DNA of 64,000 nucleotides from an uncultured Paenibacillaceae bacterium (GTDB lineage Bacteria; Bacillota; Bacilli; Paenibacillales; CAYUSG01): NCBI GenBank assembly GCA_964447355.1, contig CAYUSG010000001.1, positions 9,217 to 73,216 of the forward strand, read 5' to 3'. Shown piece by piece: positions 63,521 to 64,000 of this stretch (position 1 is its first letter; each line of letters starts with the position of its first letter). The notes under the pieces were generated by a model. It saw only the letters and a program-made list of their open reading frames with translations, ran no database searches and was not told where the DNA came from. The position numbers and the translations under genes were made by a program.

Positions 63521-63661
63521 CTCATCTTACCTCCATTAATGAACGTCTCATTGGTTACCGTTAGCTTCGCCATCTTTAATTCCATGTCACAAAATGGGAA
63601 TTCATACTAAGTTTATACCACTGACGAGATGCTATCAACTGAGGTCTAGCTCCGAATCATC

Positions 63662-64000
63662 TTAATAATCCAGCAAACGTCCGTTTTCATGCACCTGATC
63701 AAGGAACTTATCTGCGTCACTATTGAATTTCCAGCACACCCCGAACTTATCTACCAACATGCCAAAGCATGAGGACCAAGGCGTTTGGGATAACGGCATG
63801 ATCACATAGCCGCCGACAGACAACTCAGCAAAGTACTGTTCCAATTGTTGTTTATTCTCGTGAACTAAACTAATCCATACGTTGTTTCCCTTCACCAGTT
63901 CACCTGTTACGTTCTTCATGGAAGGCAGCAAATCCGACATCATGATCTTCCCGCCCGCAAATACGATGGAAGACTCCATGATCATATCCAACTCATTGTC
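63662..64000 (-). CDS. VOC/glyoxalase-fold (PhnB-like) protein; 5' end outside the window
   Basis: GGKIMMSDLLP...PWSSCFGMLVDKFGVCWKFN is PhnB/VOC-like. The frame stays open upstream of the track's TTG (63991) to the window edge (…DNELDMIMESS), so the true start is probably beyond 64000. Confidence 0.65.
   Translation of the reverse strand, partial: DNELDMIMESSIVFAGGKIMMSDLLPSMKNVTGELVKGNNVWISLVHENKQQLEQYFAELSVGGYVIMPLSQTPWSSCFGMLVDKFGVCWKFNSDADKFLDQVHENGRLLDY

Overview
This window looks like it comes from a Gram-positive, Paenibacillus-like Firmicute. That is inferred from SLH-anchored giant surface proteins, a copper-amine-oxidase-type stalk-domain protein and strong AGGAGG ribosome sites. 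All calls come from reading motifs by eye; no searches were run. Nearly everything is coded on the minus strand; only 20744-24541 is on the plus strand.

Left third (1-13.7 kb): the core of a phage-tail-like extracellular contractile injection system (eCIS). It contains an AAA+ ATPase, a DUF4255 cap, a sheath, two tube paralogues, two small chaperone-slot genes and a Q/N/H-rich, repeat-bearing tape-measure candidate. These are followed by a LysM tube initiator, a gpD-like hub, a gpV-like spike, a gp25-like wedge and a baseplate-J gene. The baseplate-J gene runs off the left edge and is missing from the ORF track.

Directly upstream and co-oriented (13.9-20.5 kb): a TM-GAF-PP2C phosphatase, a STAS protein and an RsbW-like kinase. 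This is a complete partner-switching set with no sigma factor in view. It is preceded by a polytopic-membrane/HEAT/cNMP-domain protein whose cNMP domain is cut by a single in-frame TAA. Next come two divergently transcribed large unknown proteins that share an N-terminal G-N-[QK]-A-V motif (candidate cargo), plus a YbjN-like chaperone candidate.

Middle: an MscS-family channel, a stalk-domain protein, DUF4256, an HMGL-like aldolase, a ricin-lectin protein, a SAM methyltransferase, a four-gene Wadjet (jetABCD) system and an alpha/beta hydrolase.

Right: a tetR-led operon of two giant surface proteins, and a 1418-aa GLUG/Listeria-Bacteroides-repeat/SLH protein carrying a near-identical 486-bp tandem duplication. 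These are followed by a REC-BTAD regulator translationally coupled to a 1060-aa sensor with two kinase cores, an Arr rifampin ADP-ribosyltransferase with an N-terminal extension, and a VOC/PhnB-like gene truncated by the right edge.

No rRNA, tRNA, CRISPR, transposase or integrase was recognised. The leading hypothesis is an eCIS wired to a cyclic-nucleotide/partner-switching signalling module and to motif-tagged cargo genes.
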